A stretch of DNA of 64,000 nucleotides, from NCBI GenBank assembly GCA_004431415.1, contig QPMI01000207.1:1-64000 (forward strand), in the 5' to 3' direction. The notes beneath the pieces are model-generated. The model saw only the letters and a list, made by a program, of their open reading frames with translations, was not told the origin of the DNA and ran no database searches. The DNA comes from Cyanophora paradoxa CCMP329. Its lineage: Eukaryota; Plantae; Glaucophyta. Position numbers and translations under genes: made by a program. Of this stretch, positions 47,206 to 60,700 are shown one piece after another; within the stretch, counting starts at the first letter, position 1; each line of letters opens with the position of its first letter.

Positions 47206-49688
47206 CTACTTCGGGCCCCTCGAGGCGGCGCCCCACTCGAAGCCGAGCCCCTCCACCGCCGTCACGAAGTTCCGCACAACTGCCCCCCCCGCCCGCGCGG
47301 CTCACAGGGCGCACCCCCCTCGACGCCGGAGGCGGGGGCCGGCGCCGGGGGTGGCCCACCGTGGAACTCCTTGAGGCGCGTGTCGAGGAGCTCGCGGGCG
47401 TGGCGGTGCGCCTCGGCCCCCGCCGCGTCGAACGCGTGGAACACGAGGCGGTCGAGCCCTGCGCCCCCGTGAGCCGCGCGGGCCCTCGGGGCCGTGCCAG
47501 CGGGGGGGACCTGCGAGGCGGGCGGCGGCCATCTGGGCGCGCCGGCGTCACGGGCCGGGGGCGGGGGCGGGACGGCTAGCGGGGCGGCTGCCTGGAGGAG
47601 GTGCGAGAGGACGAGGTTGCCGCCAAAGGCCCCCGCGCCCCAGTTGCCTGCGCCCCGCCCCGCCCGCCTCAGCGCGGCGGGCCCCGCAGCCTCCGCAGAG
47701 CGAGAGGGACGCGCCCGTGTGGACGACGACCTCGGGGGCCGGCCGGAAGTGCTCCCCCCCGGAGCGCTCCCCCTGCGCGCCCCACGCCTCTCGCCTCCGA
47801 GGCGGGGCGGGGCGGGCGGGGAGAAGGGCGCGGGGGGCGGCGCCTGGGCGGCGAGCTGGGCCTCCGCGCGGGCCGCCAGGAAGCCCGTGTACGCCGTCGC
47901 CAGCACGTCCTGCGGCGCACCCCACCTCAGCTCGCCCCCGCGGCCGGCCCCCGACACGCCGGCAGCGGCCCCCCGCGCGCCTGGATGTCGTTGACCGTGT
48001 ACTTCCCGGGGCCGCCCTTCGGCGCCGCCATGCTGCACCGCCGGGTCACGAGCGGGGTCAGGGGGTCGCGGGCAGTGCGCGCACCAGATGAGGTTGCTCG
48101 TGGTGGGCGGAACGACGGGCTTGCAGGCCCCCCGCACCGCCTCCGCGCTCGCCGAGGCGAAGGCGCGCCCGTAGAGGCCGGCGGGGCGCTCCTGCCGGGG
48201 TCTCGAGCGCCGCGACAGGGCCGGGCGGGGGCCGGCGGGGGCGGGGGGACCTTGGAGGGGCCGGTGTCGACGCGGACGCGGCGCTCGACGCCGCGGAGGA
48301 GCCAGGGCGTGGGGCGCCGCCCCTCCGCCGCCACGGGCTCCAGCTCCGCGCGCTTCTCCCGGTCCGCCCGCCCCGCCAGGTGCTCCCGCAGCAGGCCCAG
48401 CGACGGGTGCTCGGCGGCCTGCAGGGGCCGGCCTCGGGGGCGGGCGGGGGCGAGGAGGAGGGGCGGGGCGGGGCGGGCGCCTGCATCTCGTCCTGGGCGA
48501 AGAGCTCGGAGCCGTACGCGCAGAAGAGCTCCGAGTCCGCGAAGTTCACGTGCCTGCCCCTCCCCGCTGAGGCCCCCGGCACTCGGGCGGCGCGGCGCGG
48601 CCCGGCGCGTACCACTCGAAGGCCTCGGGCCCGCCGGCGGCGGCATAGTCGTACCCGTCCTTGCGGCACTCGAAGGCGGTGCCGCCGGGGCCCGTGCGCC
48701 CGTTGCGGCGCGCGAAGGCCGACGGCGGCGCCGCGTCGAACGAGTCGGGCATCGGGAGCGCCCGCCACCGCGCGTACTGGATCGTGCCGCTGCGCCGCGT
48801 TGGGCGGTGCCGGCGCGCGCACCCGAGCAGCGGCGGGAGGCGCACCGGAAGGAGGCCCCGGGGGGGCACGCGATCTCATAGACGACGCGCTTGTTCGGGT
48901 CCTCCAGCTGCGGCTTGCACCTAAAGCTCCGTGTAAGTGACGCCGGCGCCGCGAGGCGGGAATATCAATGGCGGGGGAGAGGCGCGCGGGGCGCACGATT
49001 CGTGCAGGGACTGCGCAGTGACTTCGCCACGGCCCAGGAGGCCCGCGCCGAAGATGAGAGGGCACTGCTCCGACCACCTGCGCGCGGGTTCGCGCCTCGT
49101 TTTTCGAGGCTGGCGAGCCTGGCACTGCTCGCGCGCCCGCGCGGCGCTTCGGATGGGGCGGCGCACGGGCGCTTGGTCCACCCGGCCTCGAGCGAGCCGC
49201 CACCGCGACGGGGCGCGCCCGAGGCGGCCGGCTCCCGCGGGCGGTCGCGGTCTCGGCTGGCCGGGGGCGGGGGTGCGTGGCGGCGGACGGGCGACGGGGA
49301 GCGAGGGACGGCCCGCTCGGGGGAGGGCGTGCGTTTCAGGCTGAGCATCATCGAGAGGCCTGACCGCGATCCTCCTTGGGTCTCCTCATGATCGTGCTTG
49401 TGCTGCGCCCAGTGGGATCAGACCGCAGCTATCTGTATCAAAGCAACGAGACCTTCTTGTGATGGTGCGCATGCTTCGAATGATGGTGTTTCGAGCTCTT
49501 ATGTTTTTCATCCTCCGAGCTTGACGAAGAAGAGTCCTGCACGGGCGGCTTCAGCTTCGGCCGCGGACGTCCAACCTGGCCGGCCGCACCTTGGATTTGT
49601 GCACATGCTTGTGCGATTTGTGCTTGTGCTTGTGCTTCTTCTCATCGTCCGAGCTCTCATGCCCGTGCTTATGCGAATGTTTGCCCAT
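47206..49688 (-). CDS. PARG-like macrodomain glycohydrolase with His/Lys-rich N-terminal exons
   Basis: VNFADSELFCAYGSELFAQDEMQAAEHP, TAYTGF, HTGNWGAGAFGGN; upstream exons MGKHSHKHGH..; linkage of the N-terminal exons is inferred. Confidence 0.7.
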
Positions 49689-49980
49689 CTGCGAATCGAC
49701 TGCGATCGCACCGTCCCGCAGCGTCAGACGACGCGGACGCGGACGCGGCGTACGCCGCGGTACGCGTCACCTGCTTGCTGTTGCGCGTACGCGTCACCTG
49801 CTTGCTGCTTGCTGCTTGCTGTACGCGAAGGGGGGTATTGGGCGTTGGGGGGTACAGGCAGAATATGGCAACACGGAATTCGGCACCGGCACTGTGGCAA
49901 CGCAGCGATCGCTGCTTTCTTCAGCGATCGCGCTGTACTGTGTTGCAGGCCTAGCTATAGGAGGTCCTGATTTCTAGCTA

Positions 49981-50032
49981 CTAGTATAAGGGCATTATCG
50001 GCCGTTGCACTAGTATAAGGGCATTATCGGCC
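49981..50032 (+). promoter_or_regulatory. Duplicated 23-bp TATA-like element (CTAGTATAAGGGCATTATCGGCC x2)
   Basis: Exact direct repeat 50-100 bp upstream of ATG 50083. Confidence 0.5.
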
Positions 50033-50082
50033 TGCCTGCAGCTGTGCTGCTTGCGCGCAGCGCAGCTGCAGCGCAGCTGGAC

Positions 50083-53000
50083 ATGTCGGTGAAGGGAATT
50101 CAAAGCGCCGGTCGTGGCGCGGCCGCCGCAGGCGAAGAGAGGGCGCTGAAGCGCTTGAAGCGAGGCTCCGCGGACGACGCCGGCGCCGGCTCCGGCGTCG
50201 GAGGCCTAGATCGACAAGATGGAGGCAGTGGAGGAGGCAGAGTAATCGAGCTTGTCGCAGGAGCTCAAGCTCGAAGCAGCGGTTTGGCGACGTCGACGGT
50301 CAGTGAACCGAAATCGCTTCTACGCTCCGCATCTGCAGCTGACGCCTTGCTCTTTAGGGGAGTGGAGCCGACCTGCAGCTGGAGCAGCCGCACATCCCCA
50401 CGCGCAAGGTGACACCTTTAGCGCTGCGGCTATATATATATAGCTAGCGCTAGCGCTGCTGCTAGCGCTGCTGCTGCTCGCGCGCGCGCGCCTCCTTCCG
50501 GGCGCTAACGAGTCGAGGGCGCGGGGGGCGCAGAGAGTGTCCAGCCGCAGTACCTACCGGCCACTTGCAAGCGTCGACGAGCGGGGGAACGCTCTGCCGC
50601 GGAACCTGTTCTACACGGCCGCGGGAGGGCGCTTCGTCACCAGATTCAAGTGGCGCGGCGAAAACGTGCGCACTGCACCGCTCCCCGCCACCGCTGCGCC
50701 GCCTCACCCGCCCTCTGCAGTTCTTATACTACCTCGAGGGGTGCGTAGGCGGTGAGGTGCGCCCCAGCGCCGGCCCACCCTGTCGGCCCCTGGCGAGCTA
50801 GCGCTCGAGGCCTAGGGGCGCCGCCGGTGCCAACCATCCTCGCTCTCGTGCAGGATGTGGCGCGGGAAAGGGACCGGCTCCTCATCTGCTGCTTCGGCCC
50901 GGCGGATGCGGCCGCGCGGCTCGTCCACCCTGCCAAGGGTCCGCCCAACTGCAGCGCCCTCACCGCCGCGCCCGGCGAGTGGTGCCGCAGAGTACGCCTC
51001 GGAGCGCTTTTACAGGGAGATGTTCGCCTCGCCGCACCCCCCAAAGGTGCGCCCCCGGCGCAGCCAAGCGCGGCGTCCGGCGCGCAGAGAAGAGGAGCGA
51101 CTCGAGGGCCGGGGACGGGGCGCAGGTCGGGGTGCACGACGGGGAGCCGGGGGCGCTCGCCGCGCGCAGGCGGGTCGTCGAGTACCTGCGCCGCGTCGGC
51201 GCCCTCGAGGGCCCCGGCCTCTCCTCCGATGCCACCCCGCCGCCCCATGCGGGGAACGAGCGGCAGCAGCCGCCGGCCGCGCCAACCCCTCCCGCCCTTC
51301 CGTTCGCTTCCGCGGCCTCGAACGGAGCCGCGCCGTTGGATGGATCCGAGCTGCCGCCGAACGTGCAGCGGGTGCGGCCCTCGTGGCGTGTCGGGCGGGA
51401 GCAGTCTCAGCTGGAGGTCAACTTCCTCTGGGGCGAGCTGCAGGTGCGCGCGCCCCGCTCGCGTGCTCCCGGCCCTCCGCCCTCGCCTCGGGGCGCCCGG
51501 CCCGGCGGCGCCTCATTCCCGCGACCAGGTCCGCCTGCCCGTGAAGGAGGGGCTCGAGGAGGCGGCGGAGGTCGCCCGCGCCCGCGACCGCCTCGCCCTC
51601 GCGCTCTTCGGCACCGCCGCCCCCGCCGGCCTCTGCCGCCCCCTCGCCGGTGGGCGCCCGGGGCGGGGCGGGAGCTGCGGGGCGGGGCGGGGCGCTGACC
51701 ACGAGGCGGGGCAGAGTACGCGGAGGAGGCGTTCTTCCGGGAGCTCTTCGGGGGCGGGGAGCCGCCGGGCGTCGGGGTGCACGACCCGGAGCCCGGCACG
51801 CCGCCCGCCCGCGCCCGCCTCCTCCACTGGCTCGTCGCCCGCTGCCCCTGCTTCGGAAAGCCGCCGGGGACCAAGCGGAGCATGGGCCTGGCGCTGCCCG
51901 CAGAACCGGATGACCGAGCGCCGGAGAACGTTCCTCTGGGGGACGGCGTCCCCCTGCCCCCCAACGTGTACCCCCGGCGAGTCGACGGCGAGCCGGTTCG
52001 GTTCTTCGTCCGCTTCAACTGGAGGAACGCCGAGGCACGCCCTTCCGCGCCGCCCGCGCCCCCGCGCGCGCGCTTCACTGACGCTCGCCCTGCAGCACAA
52101 CATCACCCTGAGGCCCGACGTGACTCTCTTCACGGCCCGCCGTGTGCGCGACGCCATTCTCATTGCCAGTGCGCCCGGCGCCCGAGCCGGACCGGCAGTT
52201 CACGCGCACGACCGGCTGACGGGGCCCTGGGGGCAGTGGTGGGACCTGAAGAGGCGAGCAATCGAGGCCTCTGCTACCGACTGGAGGGTGCCTGCTGCCC
52301 GAGGCCGCGCGGCGCGGCATCGCGCGGCGCCGCGTCGACGTCGCTGTCGGGCGCCCTCGCGGTGATCGCGACGGTGACGCGTGCGGGGCGCAGTGTACCG
52401 GGAGCAGGCCTTCTACCGGGCCCTCTTCGGGGAGGGCGAGCGCCCGCGCGTCGGCCTGCACGACCCCGAGGGCGGGAGCCACGCCGGCCGCTGCCGCCTC
52501 CGCTCCTTCCTCGTCCGCTGCGGCCTCGAGCTCGCCTGGGAGCACCTCCCGCCCTCCACCTCCGCGCGCCGCGCGCAGGCACCGGTGCGCCGCTCGCCGC
52601 CGGTGCGCATGGCGAGCCGCTGGCGTTGGCGCTGCCCCCGCTCCTGTGTGCGGTCTGGGTCGCGATCGCCGCCGCCGTGACCTCGGGGGCGCGCATGAGC
52701 AGGCCGAGGGCTCGGAGGAGAGCGCCAGCAGCACGCAGGGAGAGTCCGAAGAGGAGGAGACTGGAGAGGAGGAGGGCGGCACGGCCATGGCCAGCGAGGG
52801 ATCGGGCGATAAGGAGGGGGCCCCCGCCATCGGCCTCCGCGAGCGGCAGCCGCGCAGCGCCCCCGCCGGCCGCCGCCTCCGATCCTCCCTCCGCTCGCAC
52901 GATGCGAGCGCGGCCCCGCCACCACTGGAGGCCCCCGCCGCATCCGCTGACGCCTCCGGATCCAGCTCTGCATCCGGATCCGTGGATCCGGAGGCGGAGC

Positions 53001-54510
53001 CAGAGCTCCCGCCGAACATCCAGCGGGTGGCAACCCACAGGCGCCTGCCGCCAGAGCAACGGCGATACACAGTCAAAATGCTTTGGCGCAAACTGACTGT
53101 GCATCTCTGCCACGCCCTCCGCCAGGCCCGGACTCACCTCACGCGCAGGTCCGCCTGCGCGTGAAGGGCGGGTTTGACATCGCTGTGACCGGCACAGACG
53201 CCCTCGCGCGCGCCCGCGACCGCCTCGCCCTCGCGCTCTTCGGCACCGCCGCCGCCGCTCGCCTCTGCCGCCCCCTCGCCGGTCGGCCCCCGCGCCCGGG
53301 GGGGCGGGGCCTGCGGGGCGGGGCGCTGAGGGGCGGGGGCAGAGTACGCGGAGGAGCCGTTCTTCCGGGAGCTCTTCGGGGGCGGAGCCCGCCGGGCATC
53401 GGGGTGCACGACCCGGAGCCCGGCACGCCGGCCGCCCGCGCCCGCCTCCTCCACTGGCTCGTCGCCCGCTGCCCCTGCTTCGGGCCGCTCGACCGGCGGC
53501 AGCGGCGGCCTGAGGGCGGCGGGCTGGCCGGGGGCGGCCTCAGGGAGGCGCGCGCGCAAGAGGAGCCGGGGGCCTCGTCGGGGCCCTCCTCGAAGCCGCC
53601 CGCCGCGGCCGGCGGCCGGGCGCCGCGCCCCCTCCCACGCCAGCTCTCCTCCGCCGCCCCCACGGAGAGCCAGCGTCGGATCCCGGGGCGCAGCGGAGCA
53701 GAGCCGCCGCCGCAAGAGGACGCTCGAGCTCAGGCGCAGCCTCCTTCCCCGGAAGTGGCGGCGCAGGCTCAGCAGAGAGCGGCTGCGGCGCAGGCAGCGC
53801 ACGCCTACGCGTACGCGGCGTGGGTGCACGCCCAGCGCGCGGCTGCAGCTGCAGCGCTGCACGGGGCGGGCTCTTCGGCCCCACACGTCGGCTACGGCTA
53901 CGGGAGCGCCCCGCTTGAGCCCCCACGATACCTTCCCATGCCGGCGGCAGCTGCAGGCGCAGTCGGTCTTCCCGGGCAGCCGTCGGCGGCGCTGGTCGAC
54001 AGCAGCCTCGGGCCCGGGATCGGTGGCCGCGGGGCCGCCTTCCCGCCGCCACCAGCGCCCCTCTTGGCCCCGCAGCTCGCGCCTTCGTGGGCGCCGCAAG
54101 CGCGGCTGGCCATGGGAGCCCCCGCCGGCCCCGCCACCCCGCCCCAGCAGAGCTTGCGCGCAGCAGAGCAGCTGAAGGCGGGGGATGCGGGCCCGGGGGC
54201 GCTGCTGCTGAACGTGCGGCGCCTGCCGCAGTCGGGGGATGGGCGGGCGCGGGGCATGCGCTTCGGGGGCGACGTGGAGGCGCTCCTGCGAGAGGCCTCC
54301 CGCCACTTCGGCGCCCACCTCGTCGAGGCCCGCCCCGCCCCGCCCCCGGCCCTCCCTTGCTCAGCTTTGAGTGCGCCACCGCTGATCGCGGGGCCGACGG
54401 GGGCGCAGCTGTGGGACAAGGACTTCAACCGAGTGGCGAGCGCCGCAGAAGTGGCCAGGGCGGCGCGTGAGAGCCCCATCTTCTACGCCCTCGACGCCCA
54501 CGGGGGCTAG
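50083..54510 (+). CDS. Protein with four divergent AP2-like modules and a C-terminal KHA/DCX-like domain
   Basis: Four repeats of LP(P/R)N..W..|..AR.RD....FG....EY.EE.F(F/Y)R.LF..VGVHDPEPG; spliced frame consistent. Confidence 0.65.
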
Positions 54511-54774
54511 CTGCAGGCCTGCCGGCGGCCTCCCGAACATTGAAACGCAATCAGAGCTGAAATTCAATGAGCGATCGAACGCTGGGGTCCGTTGGTACTA
54601 CGCTGGGGGCTCCACAATAACACAATACGACGAACTATATCTGAACCATCTGCAAATAGCAAGAAAAGAATTCGAAACAAAAGGAATTGCCAAGTGGCTG
54701 CTGTGCGGGCACTGAGGGGATATCGACGCGGGTGCGGGTGCGGGGTGGCCTGCGGCTGGTGGCCGAGGGGGCGC

Positions 54775-57274
54775 TCAGGAGGCGAGGGCGAGGGGCCTCC
54801 CGATGGTCGTGTCGAGGGTGCGCCAGTAGTTGAGGAGACACTCGCAGCGCCGCGTGTCCGCCGTCAGGCCCAGGATGCAGTTGCGGCACATCGGCTCCTC
54901 CTCGTGGAGGGCGGCCGCCGGGCCCCCCGCGCCGGCGCCGCCGCGGCCGGGGGAGAGGAGGGGCATGGAGGAGGGCGAGGGGCGGAGGCGGGCGGCGGGG
55001 CGGGAGGCCTTGAGCTGCGCCAGGCGGTCGCTGTCCTCGTTGAAGAGGCTCCGGTACATGCGCGCCCGCAGCTCGCCTGCCCCGCCCCCCGCCCCGCCCC
55101 GCTCAGCGGGGGGCGGGGCGTGGGAGGCGGGGGCGGGGTCGGCGGGCACCGGCGGAGAGGCCGAGGAAGGGCTCCGGGAGGTCGATGTGGGCGGGGAAGG
55201 GCACGTCGGCGTCCGCTGCCGCCCCCTCGGCGGGCGCGGGGGCAGCGCGGGGGGGGGGGGGGGGCGAGGGGCGCGGGGCGCACCGGGGGCGCGCGAGGCG
55301 GTCTTGATCCAGTCAAGCGAGGTGCGGAGCATCTGTTCTTTGAGCTCCGCGGGGGCTAGCGGCCGCGGCACCGCCGCCTCGTTCGCCGGGCACGCGTGCC
55401 ACACCGCTGCCGGCCCCGCTGAGGGAGGAGCGAGGGGGGGACGGGGCGGGAGGGGCGCGCACCGTCGGCGTAGCCGCGGATGGCGACCGACTTGTTGAAG
55501 CGCATCGGCATCACCAGCCTGCCCGCCCCGGCTCGGATCCGCGCCCGGGGCGGCCGGCGCGGGGCGGGGCGGGGCGGGCGAGGGGGCGGGGGCACCGGCG
55601 GAGGCCGGCGCGGAGCCAGAGGTCGCGGCAGGGGCTGAAGGGGGCGAGGAGGGCGATGCACTGGAGGGCGGAGGAGAGGGCCTCGCGGGCCTTGTCGGGG
55701 TCGGCGGGGCCGCAGACGGCCTCGACGCGGCGCAGGGCGGCGACGAGGGGCTCGGCGAGCCCCGCCTCGGCGACCCTGCGGGCGAGCTTCTGCGCCTGCT
55801 CGCTGCTGAACGCGAGCGCGGCGTCCGACTCGACGCCGAAGGGGAGCGTCCCCTGCCCCGGCGCCACGAGGGCCCGCCGCACGAGCACGAGCACCGCCAC
55901 GTAGAGGGCCCGGCGGACGCGCGGGCGCGTGAAGGGGACCAGCGCCGGCGCGTTCAGCTCCTTCAGCAGCTGCGCCAGGCTCCACAGGTTCTTCGTCTCT
56001 GCGCCCCGCCCCGCCCCGCCCGCTTGGGGGAAGGCGGCGGCGGGGCGCGGAGGGGCTGCGGACCGCGGAAGACGCGCATGGCGGCGGTGCTGTCGAGGAA
56101 GCAGGCGAGGAGGAAGGCGGAGAGGGCGCGCTGCGGGGCGAGCGCTCAAGCGGGGCGGGGGCGCGGGCGCGGGGCGGGGGGCGGGGGCGTGCCTCGAAGG
56201 GCTTGCGGGCGTCGAGCATGGCGACGAGGGAGGAGCATAAGCCCCGCGCCTCCCGCACCTGCCGCTTCATCCTGCGCCCCGGCCCCCCGCCCCGTGAGGC
56301 CCAGCCCAGGGCGCCGGGGGCGGGGGCGGGGGCGGGGGCGGGGGCGGGGCGGACGGGGCGTCGCCGGTCTCGGGGAAGACGACGAGGGAGAGGAAGTCGA
56401 AGGCGTGGTTCAGCAGCAGCAGCCGGAAGTTCTCCATCTGCCCCGCCCCCGCCTCACGCCCCCCGCAAGGCCCCCCCCGGCGCCGAGCGGGGGCGGCGGG
56501 CCTGGGGCGGGCTGTACTTGTCCCCCGGGTTGTCGAAGGCCTCGACGCCGCGCGCCAGCATCTTCACGAGGCTCGCGATGCCGCCCCGCGTCGCGAAGTC
56601 TGCCGGCGGCCCCCTCAGGCGGCGGGGCGCGCGGGGGGCGGGGGGGCGGGGCGGGGCGGCGCACCGAGGAAGAAGCCGGTCCAGGCGCGCCAGTGGGCGA
56701 GCCGCACGTCCCGCACCGCCATCCGCGTGAACTGCCCCCCGCCCCCGCTCGCCCCCCGCAGCCGGCCCCGCCCCGGGCGGCCCCCGCCCCGCACCTTCAC
56801 CACCTCGTACAGCTTCGCGATGACGTCCTGCGCGCCGCGGCGTCAGCGGGGCGGGGGGCGGGGGCGCGGGGCGGGCCGGCGCGGGCGGGGGGACGGGCCT
56901 CCGGTTGCGCGTCTTCGAATTCGCCGAGGACCTCGGAGGCGCTGACGGGCTCGGCCGGCGCCGCGAGGACCGAGCGCCCGCTCCTCGAGCTCGACGTCGT
57001 CTTCGAGCTACTCCGCGAGTCCGAGCGCGCCGCCGGCGACATGCCCCCGGCGCCTGTTGGAGACCAGCCGTACGGCGACGCCCCTGGAGAGAACGGCGGG
57101 GACTGCGGGCCGGGCGAGCCGGGCGCGACTGCGGATTGGTCAGCGCGGAGCAGGCGCGGTCGCTCACAGCCTGGCAGCATCGTGCGCACCTATGTTGGGA
57201 AGAGACGACGAGGAAACGAGCCCGCGTGGCTCTGGCGCGGTGACTGGCCTTCGGTACACGAAGGACGCACTCAT
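54775..57274 (-). CDS. Hypothetical intron-rich protein (helical, ARM-like core; Cys-rich C-terminus)
   Basis: Coding-like exons between typical introns; ends CRNCILGLTADTRRCECLLNYW..*. Confidence 0.55.
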
Positions 57275-57734
57275 CTCTTTGAGGCTGAAGTTTGAGCCCG
57301 TCCAGGGTTCTGTACAAGAAGGTACTCAGGTACAGCCCGCCGCCTCTAGCTGGCGCCGCGTTGGGCGCTACGGGGCCGAACTCTGCTGGCCCGCGGCCGA
57401 GGACCAGAGAGGGCCGGCGCCGGCCTGAGAAGATTGCAAGCGGGGATGCGCGGGCAGTGCGGTGGCTGAGGCCCTGAGGCCGGGCGCGGCGCCTGCTGCG
57501 GACTATGCCTTATCCTAGCAACCGAGATTAACGGCTGGTGTGAGCGCTGATGGAATGGCGCAGATGCACATGTGACCGGTTGCGCAGTGAATGCCGAGCC
57601 GCGGCCGCTTACGCAGCGGCAACGTGCCCGCCACGCCAAGCACGAACAGTACCCCCGGCCATTTTCGTCCTCCCAGTCCCCCCCCCCCCCCGCACTGGGT
57701 CGCTCCGCCGTTTTCTTCGCTACGCAAGAGGCCG

Positions 57735-60700
57735 CTAACAGGCGGGGATCAGGGTGACGACCTTTCTGAGGATCTGTTCCGTCGTCAACCGCCAGTTCTC
57801 GACCTGCCGCGCGCGTCAGTGTGCGCCGGCCGCGCCCGGCGGGCTGGAGCGGGACACGCCTGCTTCCGGACGGACTCCCACTTCTCGCCGTGCCGCGGCT
57901 CCTTCTCCACGCACTTCCGCACCACCTCCGCTTGTTGCTCCTGGGGGCGGCGTGAGGGGCGGGGGCGGCGGCGAGGGGCGCCCCCCCCCCCCCCCCCCTG
58001 GCGGGGCGCGCACGGGAGTGCCGTGCTGGGTCTCGAACTTGAGGTAGGTGGCCCACGCGTCGCCGAGGTCGGGGCCCAGCGTGACCGCCCGGTTGAACCA
58101 CGAGCGCGCCTTGTCGATCTTGCGGTCCGACCAGAAGAGCCTGCGGGGCGTCAGCGCGGCACGGGGCGGAGGGCGGGGCCGGTGCTGGCTTGGCGACGGC
58201 GAGGACGACGTGGGGGTCGTTCTCGCAGCGCTTGAGGGCGTCGACGGAGCGGGCCTTCTTCTGCGGGCGCTCCTCCAGCCCGATCGCCTCCGCCCACAGG
58301 ATCCCCGCCGACGGGCACTCCTGCAGCGCTGCGCCCCCGGCTCAGCGCTCAACGCGGCGGGGCCGGCAAGGGGCGGGGAGGCGGCGGCCGGCACCCTTGG
58401 CGAGCACGGCGAGGGCGGCCTTCTTGTTCGCCGCCGGCCCCGCCTCGAGGCGGATCTGGGCGAGCCAGAGCTGCGGGGCCGTGCCGTTCTTGATGCGGGC
58501 CTTCTCGAGGACGGCGCGGGCCTTGGCGACGGAGCCCGAGTGCTCCTCGAGGGCGGCGGAGGCGAGCCAGAGCTTGACGGCGGTGGGGCAGGCCTTGTGG
58601 CCGGCCGCGAAGAGCTCGCGGGCCTTCTCGGGGGCCCCCTCGGCCGCCTCGAGGTCGGCGGAGAGCTTGTAGAACTTCGCCTCGTCCGGGAACTTCTTCA
58701 GCGCCTCCTCCAGCAGCCGCCGCTGCTCCCCCGCGTTCCCCAGCTGCTTCTCCAGCTTCGCGCTCTTCACCCACACCTGCGCCCCCCCGCCCGCTCGCCC
58801 CGGCCCCGCCACGAGGGCCGCGCCGGCGCGCCGCGCACCCGCTTCGTTGGGCAGTCGTTGCGGGCCTTCTGCAGGAGCAGCCGCGCGCGCTGCGGCTCGT
58901 TGTTCTCGTTCTCGAGCTTGACGGCGGCGAGCCCTGCGCGGACGCCCCTCAGCGGCGGGCGCCCGGAGGGCGGGGCGGGGCGGGGCGGACAGATGGCCTC
59001 CGAGGAGGGGTTCGCCTCGAAGGCCGCCATGAGGATCTCGCGCGCCCCCGGCACGTTCCCCTGCGCCCCGTCACGCCCCGCCCCGCCCCGGCCGCAGGCG
59101 GGGCTTGGCGGGCGGGGGGCGGCGCGCCTGGGTGACCCACTTCTCCTTGGCGGCCATGAGCCAGAGGACGACGGCCTTGGGGCAGTACTGGGTCCCCTTC
59201 TTGAGGGTCGCCTCCACCGACTCGGGCGTCCCGTGCTTCTTCTCCAGCATCGCCGCCCGCCGCCAGAGGCCCTTCTTCCCCGGCAGCACCGTCAGCGCGT
59301 GCGCGTAGATCGCCCGCGCCGTCTCCACGTTGCCCCGCGCCAGGCACTGGCGCCGGGTCAGGCGGGGGCGGGGCGCGGGGGCGGGGGCGGGGCCGGCACC
59401 GCCTCGGCGTTGTCGACCCAGGTCTTCTTGCGGTCCGCCTCCTCGACGCCGAGCGGCAGCGCCGCCCGCACGATCGCCTGCGCCGCGTCAGCCGGCGGCG
59501 CGGGCCGGGCGGGCGGGGGCGGGGGCGGGGGCGGGGGCGGGGGCGCGCCTGGCAGACGGCGACGTGGCCTGCCTGCTCGGCGGCCTCGGCCTCCTTGAGC
59601 CAGCCCTCGCGGTCCAGCGCCACGCTGTGCGCCTGCAGGCTCTTCACCGCTGCCCCCGCCGTCAGCCCCGCCCCGCCCCGCGCCCCGCCCCCTCCAGCCC
59701 CCCGCACCCCTGTCGATGATCTTCTGCACCATCGCGTCGTTCCCGTTCGCCTCCTCGAGCTTGGCGGCCGTGATCCAAATGGCCGGCTCCGTCGGGATGT
59801 TCTCGCGCGCCATGTTGAGCACCTGCGGGGGCCGGCTCGGGCGGCGGCAGCGGAGGCGAGGGGGGCAGAGGAGGGCGGGCCTTGCGGGCGTTCTCGTAGG
59901 ACTCGAGGCGGGCGAGGGCGAGCCAGAGGTCTACGGAGAGGGGGCAGCACTCGACGGCGCGCGCGAGCATCACCCGCGCGTCCGCCGCCTCCTCCAGCTC
60001 CACCGCCGCCTTCCACAGACGCACCGAGTTCGGGATGAACTCCAGCGCTGCCCCCCGCCCCCTCCGTCAGTGCCCCCGTTCCCGCGCCGGCCGGCCGTCC
60101 GGCGGCGGGGGCGGCACCCTTGCGGAGGACGGCCTTCTTGACCTTCAGCTCGGGCTCCAGGTCCGCCGCCGCCAGCCAGATCTGCCCGGCCCTCAGCGCC
60201 AGGCGCGCCCCAGGCGGCGGCGCGGGGCGGGGCGGGGCGGGCGGCGCGCCTTGACCGACTGCGGGATCTTCTTCACGGCCTGCGCGATGACCGCCCGCGC
60301 CTGCGCCGCGCGCGTGAGAGGGGGGCGGGGGCGGGGGGCGGGGGCGGGGGCGGGGGCGCCTGCTCGGGGGTCTGGAGGCGGGCGGCCTCGAGCCAGACGT
60401 CCTCGGACTCGGGGCAGGCAGTGCAGCCCTGCGCCATGATCGTCCGCGCCGTCGCGATCTTCCCCGCGATCTCCTCCAGCCGCGCCGCCGCGATCCACCC
60501 TGTCCCCGCCTCAGGCCCCGCCCCGCGCCCCCCGCCCCGGCCCCCCGCTCGCCTGGGCCGTGCTTCGGGTTCGTCGAGGTCACCGACTTGAGCAGGAGGC
60601 GGGCCTTCTTGATGTCGCTGCAGCGCGCTCGGCGGGGGCGGCGGGCGGGCGGGGCGGGGCGGGGCGGACCCGATGTCGGCGTCGGAGGTGACCTTGAGGC

